Shown: positions 1 to 12,533 of the stretch, in pieces | Layout: each line of letters opens with the position of its first letter | Position numbering within the stretch: position 1 is the stretch's first letter | Assembly: GCA_009914755.4 (NCBI GenBank) | Contig: CP068257.2 | Coordinates: forward strand, 31,552,001 to 31,616,000 | DNA length: 64,000 bases | Direction: 5' to 3' | From: the human T2T-CHM13v2.0 reference genome, Homo sapiens | Translations under genes and position numbers: made by a program | The notes under the pieces: generated by a model | What the model was told of the DNA's origin: nothing | The model's input: the letters and a program-made list of their open reading frames with translations, nothing else | Database searches by the model: none

Positions 1-1099
1 CTCCCCTCTGGTAAAAAGAAATGCCTGTTGCTTTTGTGCTTCCATGACAGGAAGGCAGCCAGTTGGTTTTGCCCATTCATAACCAAGGTTAAGTTCCCTG
101 ACTAGCTGGAGGGCACCACGTCTGTGTCTCAGGTCAGCTAGCACTTTTCACTGCACTGCTGGCATTAATTTGGCATCTTCTCCTGACCACAGCATGACTG
201 TGAAGCCAGCAACATTCTCCTTACAGGTCACAGAAAAATAAATACTACCATGCTATCTGTCCTTTTCATCAGATTCTGCTAGGATTTGCCTGGCATGCAG
301 TTGGCACTCGATAAATACTTGTGAAATGAACAAATGGGTATCAGCAAAGGCAGTTTCTGAATGATATTCTGATGTAATTATTTGGATGCTCAGAGTTTAA
401 ATGTGAGTCCCTGCCTTTACCAAATTATTCCACCTCTACCCTCAAGTAGGTCTAATGTCCAATATTGTGGTTGTCCTTAATTAGGTGACAAGGCTACCAA
501 AGGCCCTACGCGACCTGCCCCTAACGCACCTCTTCAGCCTCGTGTCTCTGTCTCCCTCTTGCTCCACCCACAGTGTCCCAGCCAGACACAACTCACTCAC
601 TCCTGTAATGGAGCAGGCTCAGGGCCTTTGCACATCCTGCTCTCTCGGCTGGAACATTCTTCCACCACCACCACTGGCCTAATTCATTCAAACCCACTCT
701 TCAAGCCCCAGAGTTGATGTCACTTCCCTGGGACACCTTCCCAATCTCCTGACTCCCGTGGGTTACGTGCACTTCCCGTGCTCCCGACATGTCCTTATTT
801 CAGTTCTCATCACCCTGCATGGTAACGGCCTTGCTGCCTGTGGTACCTCTCACCAGGCTGTAAAAGTCACGCAGAGAAGTGTGTCTGCTGTTGCATCCTC
901 AGGCCCCAACAAATGGGAAATGCTCGCTACACATTTGAGTTTTTGTTGGTTGCATGAATGAATGCATCAGCCATGAGAGCTCTATTCTTGTGCCCTCCAG
1001 GAGATGAGTAAGGTAGGATTTGGAGAACAGATTTTGGAATCAGACGGACGTGAGTGGGCAGCCTGACCCCACCCTTACTTCTTCATGTAAGACAACAGA

Positions 1100-1411
<312 letters not shown>

Positions 1412-1660
1412 CTAAGAGGAATTTATTTTTTTTAAGTATTAGTCAGCTCATAGAAGCTCTGGGAAAGGTGAGGAACTGAGTGTGCCACTGTACTGGTTCT
1501 AAAACATAAGCAAAACTTCTTAGACAGTCCCCTCATGGAAGGAGGAGTCTAATCGCCACCCCTCCTTGAATATGGGCTAGCCTTAGTGACTCTCTCTTAA
1601 TGAATAGCACATGGCGGTAGAGATGCTCTATCATTTCCAGGTGATACAACTTCTGCCTGA

Positions 1661-1810
1661 CTCTCTCTTTCTCTCTTTTTCTCTCTCCTTCTCTCTGTGT
1701 CTGTATATCTCTCTGTCTCTCTGTCTCCCTCTCTCTGCATGTGTCTCTCTGTCTCTCTCTTCTCTGTCTCTCTGTCTCTCTCTCTCTCTTTCCTTCCTTC
1801 CCTCTCTCAA
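1661..1810. repeat. CT-rich simple repeat, (CTCT)n/(TCTCTG)n
   Basis: Direct reading. The ORFs 1533-1963 on both strands (SLSLS / RERER runs) are artefacts of this repeat. Confidence 0.9.
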
Positions 1811-2399
1811 TGTTCTCCCTTGGGACCTCGCCTCCATGTTGTGAGGAAGCCAGGCAGCCCCATGGGAAAACCACATCGAGGTGTCTGGCCATGGCCCCAG
1901 CTAAGGTCACAGCCAAGAGCCAGCATCAACCACCAGCCACATGAGCAAGCAGGCCTCAGATGATCCTAGCCCCCAGCCTTCAAGCCACTCAACCAATGGT
2001 GAGTGGAGCAGAAATGATTGTCCCTGCCAAACCCTGCACAAATTATACTTTCAAAAGCAAAACGAATGTTGATCCTGGTTTGAGCTCCTAAGTTTTGGGG
2101 TGATTGCTTACATGGTAATAGATAACCAGAACAGCAACTCTGCAGCCACGAGCACCACCTAAATTGTGCCACAGGAGCTCTGCAGCCAGGGACCCAGGGT
2201 TGCTCTGAGGCCCTTACAGTTCATCCCATGGTTGCCAGACCCCACAGTCAGTGCTAGAACTTCTGCTGTGTTGCCACTGTTGTGGCCATGATGAGAAGAA
2301 CAAAGGGTGACCAGGCAATCTCAGAGTGCGTGTGCTGGCTGCAAGCAGGGGCTCAGAGGAGGGCACAGCTCTGCTATTGACCAGCTGTGTGAGCTTGGG

Positions 2400-2820
2400 C
2401 AAGTGTCCTAACCACTCTGGGACTCAACTACTTCTTTCTGAAGTGGGATCAGTAGGGGTACCGTATGCATGGAGTGGTTGTGAGAATTAGACAAATTAAT
2501 AGATACAGATGATGAGAACAGTGCTGGGCTAATGAGTATGCATTATTCTCTACCTCGGGCCCCCCATCACTTCCTATCTAGTACGTGATTTCCTTCTAGC
2601 AGCTGTTATCACTACATGACCTTATCGCATGTATTGATGTGCTCTCTTGTTTTTGGTCTGCTCTCCTTCCTGTTGGGTTGTAAGCTCGATGCAGGAAGGA
2701 AGTATGTTTTCCTGTCACTGAATCTTCAGCACCTAGAAGAGTAGGCGCTGATATATCAGGCTAGATGTGTCAAGCACATATCACACGCTCAGTGAATGTT
2801 TGCTGAGCAAATGAATGAAG
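2400..2820 (+). mobile_element. MIR-like ancient SINE fragment
   Basis: Tail gctcagtgaatgtttgctgagcaaatgaatgaa and an internal gtggttgtgagaattagacaaattaatagatac resemble the MIR consensus; diverged. Confidence 0.4.
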
Positions 2821-3480
2821 TGGCTGATAATATCACCAGAGAGCTAAGATAGGACCTCAAATAACGCTAATACAAAATAGACACCATAAGGCTTGTGAGA
2901 GAGGTGCACAAAGCTAACAGGCTTCAAGGAAAGGGAAAGAAATGAAACCAATGGGGAATTCTAGAAAAGGCTTTGGAGAAGGGATGCCACAGGGGTTGGG
3001 CCTCAAAGGAGAGACAGGACTTCAAGAGATGAAGATGTAACAGAAGATGGGACTGAGAGAGAATTAGTAAGAGCCAAGACCAAAGTAGGGAAGGACAGGA
3101 CATGCTTAGGGAAGGGCCAGTGGTGCCCTTGGGCTGGTCTACAGCAATTGAGGTTACACAGACTGGCTAAGACCATTGTCACAACCTTCCAGTGTGTCCC
3201 CCAAAGGGTAAAATATTCTCCAGGTCCCAGGTGGATTCAGTGCAAGCACCTCCTGTTCAGCTCCACCTGGGCCTGACTCTTCCCGTGCTGGGTGAGCTGA
3301 GAATGATCCATGCAGCCAGGCTTATGGCTGAAAGGATCCCAGAGATTTTCATCCTTTTCCTTTTGTAAGAACACAGACACAGAGGTTGGGCTTTCAATTC
3401 TAAATTCTAAAGAAGAGAAGATGCCCCATCTTCAGGAGGCCACCCTGACAACGTCTAGCACTGGGACAAACAATTGCAGG

Positions 3481-3686
3481 GAGCTCCAGGAGACAGGTGG
3501 GGAAGAATGTGTGAACAGAACTGACTGCTATTGAATTTAAGATGGTATTATGTTGGTGCAAAAGTAACTGTAGTTTTTGCCATTACATTTTTTTTAAATG
3601 ACAAAAACTGCAATTAGTTTTGCACCAACCTAATATTTAATTATTTCCTGCCTAAAAATGGGGACATAAATGAAATATTCATTGAC
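3481..3686 (+). repeat. Left arm of a large inverted duplication
   Basis: Near-identical reverse complement of 4711-4924 (more than 95% by eye over about 205 bp, including unique flanks aattgcagggagctccaggagacaggtggggaagaatgtgtgaacagaactgactgc and cctgcctaaaaatggggacataaatgaaatattcattgac). Confidence 0.85.
3548..3633. mobile_element. MADE1 (Hsmar1-derived 80-bp palindromic MITE), copy 1
   Basis: ttatgttggtgcaaaagtaactgtagtttttgccatt ... aaaaactgcaattagttttgcaccaacctaa matches the MADE1 terminal inverted repeats. Confidence 0.8.
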
Positions 3687-3696
3687 TGAATATATT

Positions 3697-4042
3697 CATG
3701 TTATATAAATATATATATTTATATATATTATATATATGTGAATATATATTATATATATGTGAATATATATTATATATATGTGAATATATATATTATATAT
3801 ATGTGAATATATATAAATGTATATATTTATATATATGTGAATATATATAAATGTATATATTTATATATATGTGAATATATATAAATGTATATATTTATAT
3901 ATATGTGAATATATATAAATGTATATATTTATATATATGTGAATATATATAAATGTATATATTTATATATATGTGAATATATATAAATGTATATATTTAT
4001 ATATATGTGAATATATATAAATGTATATATGAGTATATAAAT
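3697..4042. repeat. AT-rich minisatellite, about 10 copies of tatatatgtgaatatatataaatgtatatattta
   Basis: Tandem units of about 20-34 bp read directly; sits in the spacer of the inverted duplication. Confidence 0.9.
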
Positions 4043-4710
4043 GAATGCCCAAGAGCATGGCGCACCAAAGAGAGTCCAAGTTCTGCTTGGCTTATCAAAG
4101 GGAACATCCTCCTCAAAAGAACATGTGGGAGACGGCAGAGGAGCAACTAGTGTGTGTGTTTTCTCCTACGTCTAGGAGGAAAAAACTAAATCTGTCACTT
4201 TCTGCATGTATTCACATTAAAAAAGGATTCAAAGCTGTCTATTTAGAAGACAGTGCCAGTACCAATTTCTGTGCCAGGGAGATGATATTTTGCAGTTCAC
4301 AGGGTAGAAAGAACACCATTTTTGTCACATGTTTAGTATTCCACAAGCAGTGAAAGTTAGAATAATTACCTGTGAACGACTATGTATGTTTCTTTCATCT
4401 AATTAGGTAATCTGCCCAGGTGTTTAGGACCAAGGCCTCTCTAGGCTTTAATTAGAAAAAGTCAAGGACAGAAACTAATTAGCAGCATTAATCCAAACCA
4501 GAAGTCTAATGATATTAACCACAAATCACTATTGCAATCAGGAGCCTTTATTCTAAACCATTTTTAAAGTGAGGGAGGAGGGGAAGAAGACAAGGTATTT
4601 TTCAGCTTTAGAATATTGACTTCCAAACACTAATTCCAGTCAACTTTGATCCACTCTCTCAAAGCAATAGAAAGAACTGTGATTAACAAAAAGGCAGTAC
4701 AGAATTAAAA

Positions 4711-4924
4711 GTCAATGAATATTTCATTTATGTCCCCATTTTTAGGCAGGAAATGATTAAATATTAGGTTGGTGCAAAACTAATTGCAGTTTTTGTCTTT
4801 TTTTTTTTTAATGTAATGGCAAAAACTACAGTTACTTTTGCACCAACATAATACCATCTTAAATTCAAAGCAGTCAGTTCTGTTCATACATTCTTCCCCA
4901 CCTGTCTCCTGGAGCTCCCTGCAA
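4711..4924 (-). repeat. Right arm of the inverted duplication (reverse complement of 3481-3686)
   Basis: gtcaatgaatatttcatttatgtccccatttttaggcagg ... gcagtcagttctgttcatacattcttccccacctgtctcctggagctccctgcaatt. Confidence 0.85.
4764..4852. mobile_element. MADE1 MITE, copy 2 (inside the right arm)
   Basis: ttaggttggtgcaaaactaattgcagtttttgtc ... ggcaaaaactacagttacttttgcaccaacataa. Confidence 0.8.
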
Positions 4925-5120
4925 TTTATAGGTAATGATCTACATGTACCTGGAACTTTCAAAGTGCAAATAGATTTTTATGACCTCAAAACTCTCCTAA
5001 AATTACCGTTTGATTCATTCTAGTTTTCATCAAAATAAGAGAAAAATAACCAAATTCCATGAGGAAAAGTCCATATTTCCAAGGTAGCCAATGGGCTGCT
5101 GTATGTGTAAAACTATAGGC

Positions 5121-5521
<401 letters not shown>

Positions 5522-7883
5522 TGAAAACACTAGTAGACACAGAGCACATAGTTTTGATTTGTTTTGTTATTAGTGAACATAAAATGACATGGAAATTTTA
5601 TATTTCGGGCACACTGGCATTTTAAATAATTAATTAGGTAAAAGTAAAATTGGATGAAAAGCCCAATTTAGCATCAGGCTGAAGACAAAAGAAGCCCCAC
5701 ATCAAAGATTAAGAAACTGGAACACACATCAATCCTAATTTGTTGTATCAGTGCATTTTTCAGTCCCTTCTCTCCATGGATGACTTGGGTTTGCTAGTGT
5801 TACTAGCCAAATCCCCCAAGGTTAGCTCAATCTAACTTAAACTTGAGCCCCACCAGGAAAAGGAACTTGAACTATCATTTTGAGTTTCGATTCTCCTCTG
5901 ATTTTCTATTCCTCATTGTCAACCTTCAATATACCTCCCAATCCCCAACCACCCCGCAAACAGACAAAAATTTAGAAAAAGAAAACCAGGCTTTTCAAAG
6001 AATAAAATTGAGGGATTTGCATAATTTAGTATCTGGCTTTCAGAAATTTTTTTTAACAACAGAAAAAAAGGTTTTCATTGCCTCTCCCTCTGGAATATAA
6101 ACTGACTCTGCCTCATGAGAACATACCTGTGTCCCAAGCATTGGCCCTCAAGAGGTTGTGGCTTAGAAACCAAAGAATGTAAATAAAACCTGTGTAGAAA
6201 GTGATGTTCCCAGGCAGCTGCTTTGGGAGCCTCTCCTGGTTTGTTTATTTTTTTTTTCATACCCGCTTTGTTTAACACATGCTAGGTTTTTCCCAGCTAG
6301 CTATCAAACATTGCTCACGTTTAAGGGTTAAAATAATGTGGTCATTATTGTACTATTCCCGAGAAACGGGAAAAAGAGATCTACAGCAGACTTGCTGCAG
6401 CTGTTAGGCAGCCCAATTGCCAACCACAAGGGAATTTGCTTACTTCTATATCACAATCTCCCACCTTGATAAAAAAGAAAAAAACACACCCATTTCATTT
6501 AGACTGTATACTAAGAATAATTGCCACCAATATTGATTGGCCTTTTGGGATCCAGCTGAATTTAAAAATTGCAGACTGTGAAATCCCAGCTGATGTATCC
6601 TCACTGAGATTACTGCTTATTTGTGACAGGTTCCTGTGTTTAAACTTATCTATGAAAACTGTGAAATTAATATCTTCATGTTGAGTACAATATGGTAACA
6701 CAACCTGCTGAGACGCACAGCTATTTTTGTTCTTATTATTTTAATGCTGGCTCCTGCCTGTGCCCCACTGTGAATCTTTCTGATAATGAAGCATAAGTAC
6801 ATTTGTTATCTGGAGTCTCATGTTCTCACTGTTTTCTAACTGTTTATTTTCAGGGATTGCACAAATGAGGTTTGTTTCTTTTTAAGTTTTTTTTTTGCTG
6901 CACAATTAGTTTTATCTGGATTTTAACCTAGTTGGTTCTCACGCTGGCCTCCGGCTTGGGAGTAAAATTACTGCAGTTGACTTCTGTTTCTGCTTCATCG
7001 TACACACCTCCGACACAGAAGATTTGAAGCTAGACGTTTCCTGACAAGTGCTTTCGTCTGCTAAAATCAGAGAGGAAAATGTGCTAGAGTCTTAACTACT
7101 AAATCCACGTGATTAACTTATAAAGTTCAAATATGTCAAATATGGAAATTCAGCTGTTTCTGAAACTAATCACAGCTAAAAAACAAAAGCTGATCATGTG
7201 GAAATGTGCCTTTAAGTCACACAAACATATATGACTCTGACGCTGAAAATTTCAGGGAGTCATGGGCTATTGGTCTGGCACACATAAAAGCAGCAGAGAA
7301 CAATGTCACTTGCTTTCCATGAGACTAGAAGTTCTTTGTTTCGTCTGTTATTATCAGAGTCATTGCAGAATCTCATCTTCCTCTCCATTCCAGTTTCATC
7401 CCTTCCTCATATTACACACAAATTAAATGTCAGTTTTGAAAGAATCAGGGCAATACCATTTTTAAAAAATATATATACACAGATAAAAGGACTGGAAAGG
7501 TGTACACAAAAATTCACAGAGATTCTCTCTGCCTTTCTGGTTACCTGTGATTTGTATTTTCTTCTTTTCACTAATCTCTATGTCCTAAATTTCCTACAAT
7601 GTGTAGGGATGACCTTGGTAACAGGAAAACAATTATATTTTTTAAAAAAACTGCTATAAATATGTAACACAACTTCTATACTTCATGTGGAATTATATAT
7701 AATTTCACTTCCAAGTTCTTTTAATGTGAAAATTATATAAACAAAAAATTAATATCACTATCAATATTAATACTTAAATTTTATGTTTAAAGAATTTACT
7801 TTTATGTTACATTATTTCAAGTTCATTCTGATAAATCTCAGTGAGTAGTCAAAATGCAACTGTTTTTTTTTTTAATTTACTTA

Positions 7884-7995
7884 TTGGTTGACTGGTTGCT
7901 TGGTTGGTTGGTTCGTTGGTTGCTTGGTTGGTTGCTTGGTTGCTTGGTTGGCTGGTTGCTTGGTTGTTTGCTTGGTTGCTTGGTTGGTTGGTTGG

Positions 7996-8050
<55 letters not shown>

Positions 8051-8477
8051 GCTGGTTGGTTGGTTGGTTGCTTGGTTGGTTGGTTGCTTGCTTGCTTGGT
8101 TGCTTGCTTCATTGGTTGCTTGGTTGCTTGCTTCATTGGTTGCTTGGTTGCTTGCTTCGTTGCTTGCTTGGTTGGTTGCTTGGTTGGTTGCTTGGTTGGT
8201 TGGTTGGTTGGTTGCTTGATTGGTTGCTTGGTTGCTTGGTTGGTTGGTTGGTTGGTTGTTTGGTTGCTTGGTTGGTTGGTTGGTTGGTTGCTTGGTTGGT
8301 TGGTTGGTTGCTTGCTTGCTTTGTTGCTTGCTTGGTTCGTTGGTTCGTTGGTTGGTTGGTTGGTTGGTTGGTTGGTTGGTTGGTTGGTTGGTTCGTTGAT
8401 TGCTTGGTTGGTTGGTTGCTTGGTTGGTTGGCTGGTTCATTGGTTGGTTGGTTGCTTGGTTGTTTGGTTGGTTGGTT
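7884..8477. repeat. Long (TTGG)n/(TTGC)n tetranucleotide block, about 600 bp
   Basis: Direct reading: ttggttggttgcttggttgg repeated. ORFs 7849-8593 (NQPTNQ, WLVGWL) are artefacts of it. Confidence 0.95.
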
Positions 8478-9511
8478 TTCTTCACATTTTAACAGTAAGT
8501 TTTCTTATTCTTCACTTTTATGAGCATTTTACTTTATTATTATCATCTGAGGTTTCTAACACAGGGCACAAGTTTTACAAATCCAAATCATAACTAATAG
8601 GTAGAAAAGTCTATAAAATGTGAAAAATACAAATGTAACACACACGCACACTACAATTTATTTTATTATTCCAAATTTCAAAAATAGTTTTAAAAATTGA
8701 ATTCCAGCTACTTCAACAAATATGCTTCCACTAGCTTAGAGAACAGCAGAAAACAAGTTGAAAATCTTCTTTTATACCTCTAATAGAGCCGCAAATTAAT
8801 TTAAACAGCAACTTAATGTATTTTCAAATAGGCCTTCACACTTTCTTACTGAAAATAGAGCATAAGAAACAAAGACAAAGTGTATTCCAATTACTTAGGA
8901 AAAATTATTAGCTCCAGGGATACTTTAGAATAATGTGTTTAAAACTGTTTTGTCTGGAGACTTAATGTATAGCATGGTGACTATAGTTAATTACAATGTA
9001 TAGTACACTTGAAATTTGCCAAAAGAGTAGATCGTAATTATTCTCACCATACACACACATACACAAAAAGGTAATTATAAATACATTCATTAATTTGATT
9101 GTGGTAAGCATCTTACAATGTTTAGGTATTTCAAGTCATTACATTCTACACCTTAAATATATTCAATTTTACTTGTCAATTATACCTCAATAAAGCAGGG
9201 GGCAACACAAATAAATTTTTTAAATTTAGCGTGCAAAAATATTTTTAAACAGTTTCAAAGCTGAGTCCACAGTGTTGATTTTACTTGCACAAAATATTTC
9301 TGCAATATTTATCCTATCATTTGGTTCACTCCAGGCCTGCCCTAGAAACCTGTCACACTTTCAGTTCAGGACCTACAGACTCATTGCAACCAGCCGGTTG
9401 TCTCTGCTGCCATGAGGGGAGGTCCCAAGTCATCAAAGGGGACACTCTATCCCTAAGGTCAGCTGTAACCTTCCATAAGACTGTCTTCTTGTTATTATGA
9501 AACATAACTAA

Positions 9512-9881
<370 letters not shown>

Positions 9882-10206
9882 CTAAAGTTTGCTGTGTTGG
9901 GCGTCACTAATTTTTAACTTGTGATGGAAGATGTTTGGAATTATAAGAGCAGGTGGCGAATCAGCCCATTGGGCTACCTTGGCTAAGTCTGGTAGTTTGT
10001 TTACAGTCATCATTTCCCTGATTGGAAAACACAAAAGCTTTGAGTTCCAGGACCTTCCCTTCAAGCTTGGGCATTACAAGAGGCAATTACTAAAAGTTGA
10101 CATAGCTTTGTTGTTATTTCAGTAGGTACAAACCTGCCAGTAGTTATGGTTTACGAAAATAATAAATGGAGAGGAGACTCTCCCCTTGTTTAAATTTCGG
10201 AGGTTA

Positions 10207-10503
<297 letters not shown>

Positions 10504-11224
10504 TTCAGAGGTTAATGGCTTGACTCTTAGCATAGACACACAGATGTTACGCTATAGATTATACCAGGAAGAGGTGGGAGGAGCCACACATCCCACATCA
10601 GAAATAGCCTTTGGAAAACTGCAAACTGGATTGCGTGTGCGTTTGGCTGCAAAATAAATCATGAGTTTCTCCCAAACATTAGATGGACAAAGGAACAATT
10701 CACTTTTTTTCCCCACTGTGATCCATTCACAATGGAGTATATTCCTGGAGGATTCTAAGATGTGTTTTGTTCACTAGAGAAGACTTTTTAGGAGTGTTTA
10801 GTTTAGGAAATGCTTAGCTGGCTATAGAAGACAGGCGCACATTCTTATCTGACTACAGAATCCAGGTGTCACCTGTGGAGTTAACACAAGGCCACAGATG
10901 GCCGCCTTCAAGGTGACCCTGCCCAGAGCCTAGGGAACAAGGTGAGGGTTGACTGAGAAGGGAAATGGTGGTCCTGCTGAGAAGGACATTCCCCAAGCTC
11001 ATGGTCTGGTCCACAAGCCATCGGTCACACAGAGGGTCACACAGATATGGGATGCCCAGTTAAATTTTAATTTCTGATAAACAATGAATTTGTTTAGTAT
11101 AAATAAATATGTCGTAAATATTGTATGGGACATACTAAAAACATTACAATATAATTTAGTACATGTACTATGTACTAGTATATGTACTAAATTTTATATA
11201 TGTGTATTTTAATATTAAAAGTTA

Positions 11225-11544
11225 GGCCAGGCACGGTGGCTCACGCCTGTAATCCCAGCATTTTGGGAGGCCGAGGCGGCCGGATCACCTGAGGTCAGGA
11301 GTTCAAGACCAGCCTGGCCAACATGGCGAAACCCTGTCTCTACTAAAAATACAAAAATTAGCTGGGTATGGTGGCAGGTGCCTGTAATCCCAGCTACTCA
11401 GGAGGCTGAGGCAAGAGAATCTCTTGAACCAGGGAGGCGGAGGATGCAGTGAGCCGAGATCGCACCACGGCACTCCAGCCTGGGCAACAGAGTGAGATTC
11501 TGTCTCAAAACAAAAAAAAAAAGGAAAAAGAAAAAGAAAAAAAG
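11225..11544 (+). mobile_element. Alu SINE with an A/GA-rich tail
   Basis: ggccaggcacggtggctcacgcctgtaatcccagcattttgggaggccgaggcgg ... Confidence 0.9.
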
Positions 11545-12200
11545 TTAGTATGTTATACCCAACACATATTCAAGGTTGATCTGAAATTCAAATGCAACTA
11601 GGTATCTTGTATTTTTGCTAAATGTGGCAACCCTCGCACACAGCGATTCGCTAGTGGCTTTGGAGGGCAGAGGAGGTAGTTCCCTGAGCCCTCCACGTGA
11701 CTTTTCCTTCTGTCCTCCCCTTCTCTGCTCAGAGGCCCCTTCCTGGGAGAAGGCTTCGCTGATCACTCTGTATACCACTGCACCCTTTTCCCACACTCCC
11801 GGCCCCCTTAGCCTGCCTTTTCCTCCATAACTTATCATTGGATGACATACTACATACTTTGAGTAAATGATTTTTTTCATCTTTATTCTCAGCCCTTTGT
11901 ATTATGTCTGCCACAGAGTGGGCCTTAAAAAATATTTGTGGAACTGCATGAATGAGAGTGACTCCATGGACAAGGATAAAACACTGAAAGTAAAATAAAG
12001 GCAGAACTAAGGTAAATGAGTATTGCCATTTCGACTCACCTGATAGATCTGTGTGTTTTAGTCAGTGCAAAACTCACCTGGCGAAGGGAACACCAATGAA
12101 TAAGATGACGATTAGGTAGGTCCAAGGTGGGGCCCAAGATTCTGTAGCCCTACCACGTTCCCAGGTGATGCCGATGTAGCAAAGAGAGTCCTTGAAGAGA

Positions 12201-12533
12201 GGCAGGGCACGGTGGCTCACGCCTGTAATCCCAGCACTTTGGGAGGCTGAGGCAGGCAGATAGTTTGAAGCCAGAAGTTTGAGACCAGCCTGGGCAACAT
12301 GGTGAAATCCAGTCTCTACCAAAAAATACAAAAGTTTATCAGGCATTGTAGCATACACCTGTAATCCTAGCTACTCAGGAGGCTGAGGCACGAGAATCAC
12401 TTGAACCCAGGAGGCGGAGGTTGCAGTGAGCCAAGATCACACCACTGTACTCCAGCCTGGGTGACAGAGCAAGACTCCAACTCAAAAAAGAAAAAAAAAA
12501 AAAGAAAGAAAAAGAAAAAGAGAGAGAGAGAGA
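12201..12533 (+). mobile_element. Alu SINE with an A/GA-rich tail
   Basis: ggcagggcacggtggctcacgcctgtaatcccagcactttgggaggctgaggcagg ... gagagagagag. Confidence 0.9.

Noticed and set aside
7849-8593. Very long ORFs on both strands (up to 229 aa; NQPTNQ..., [10 protein letters not shown]...)
   Set aside because: Pure translation of the (TTGG/TTGC)n tetranucleotide array; periodic low-complexity peptides with no start context
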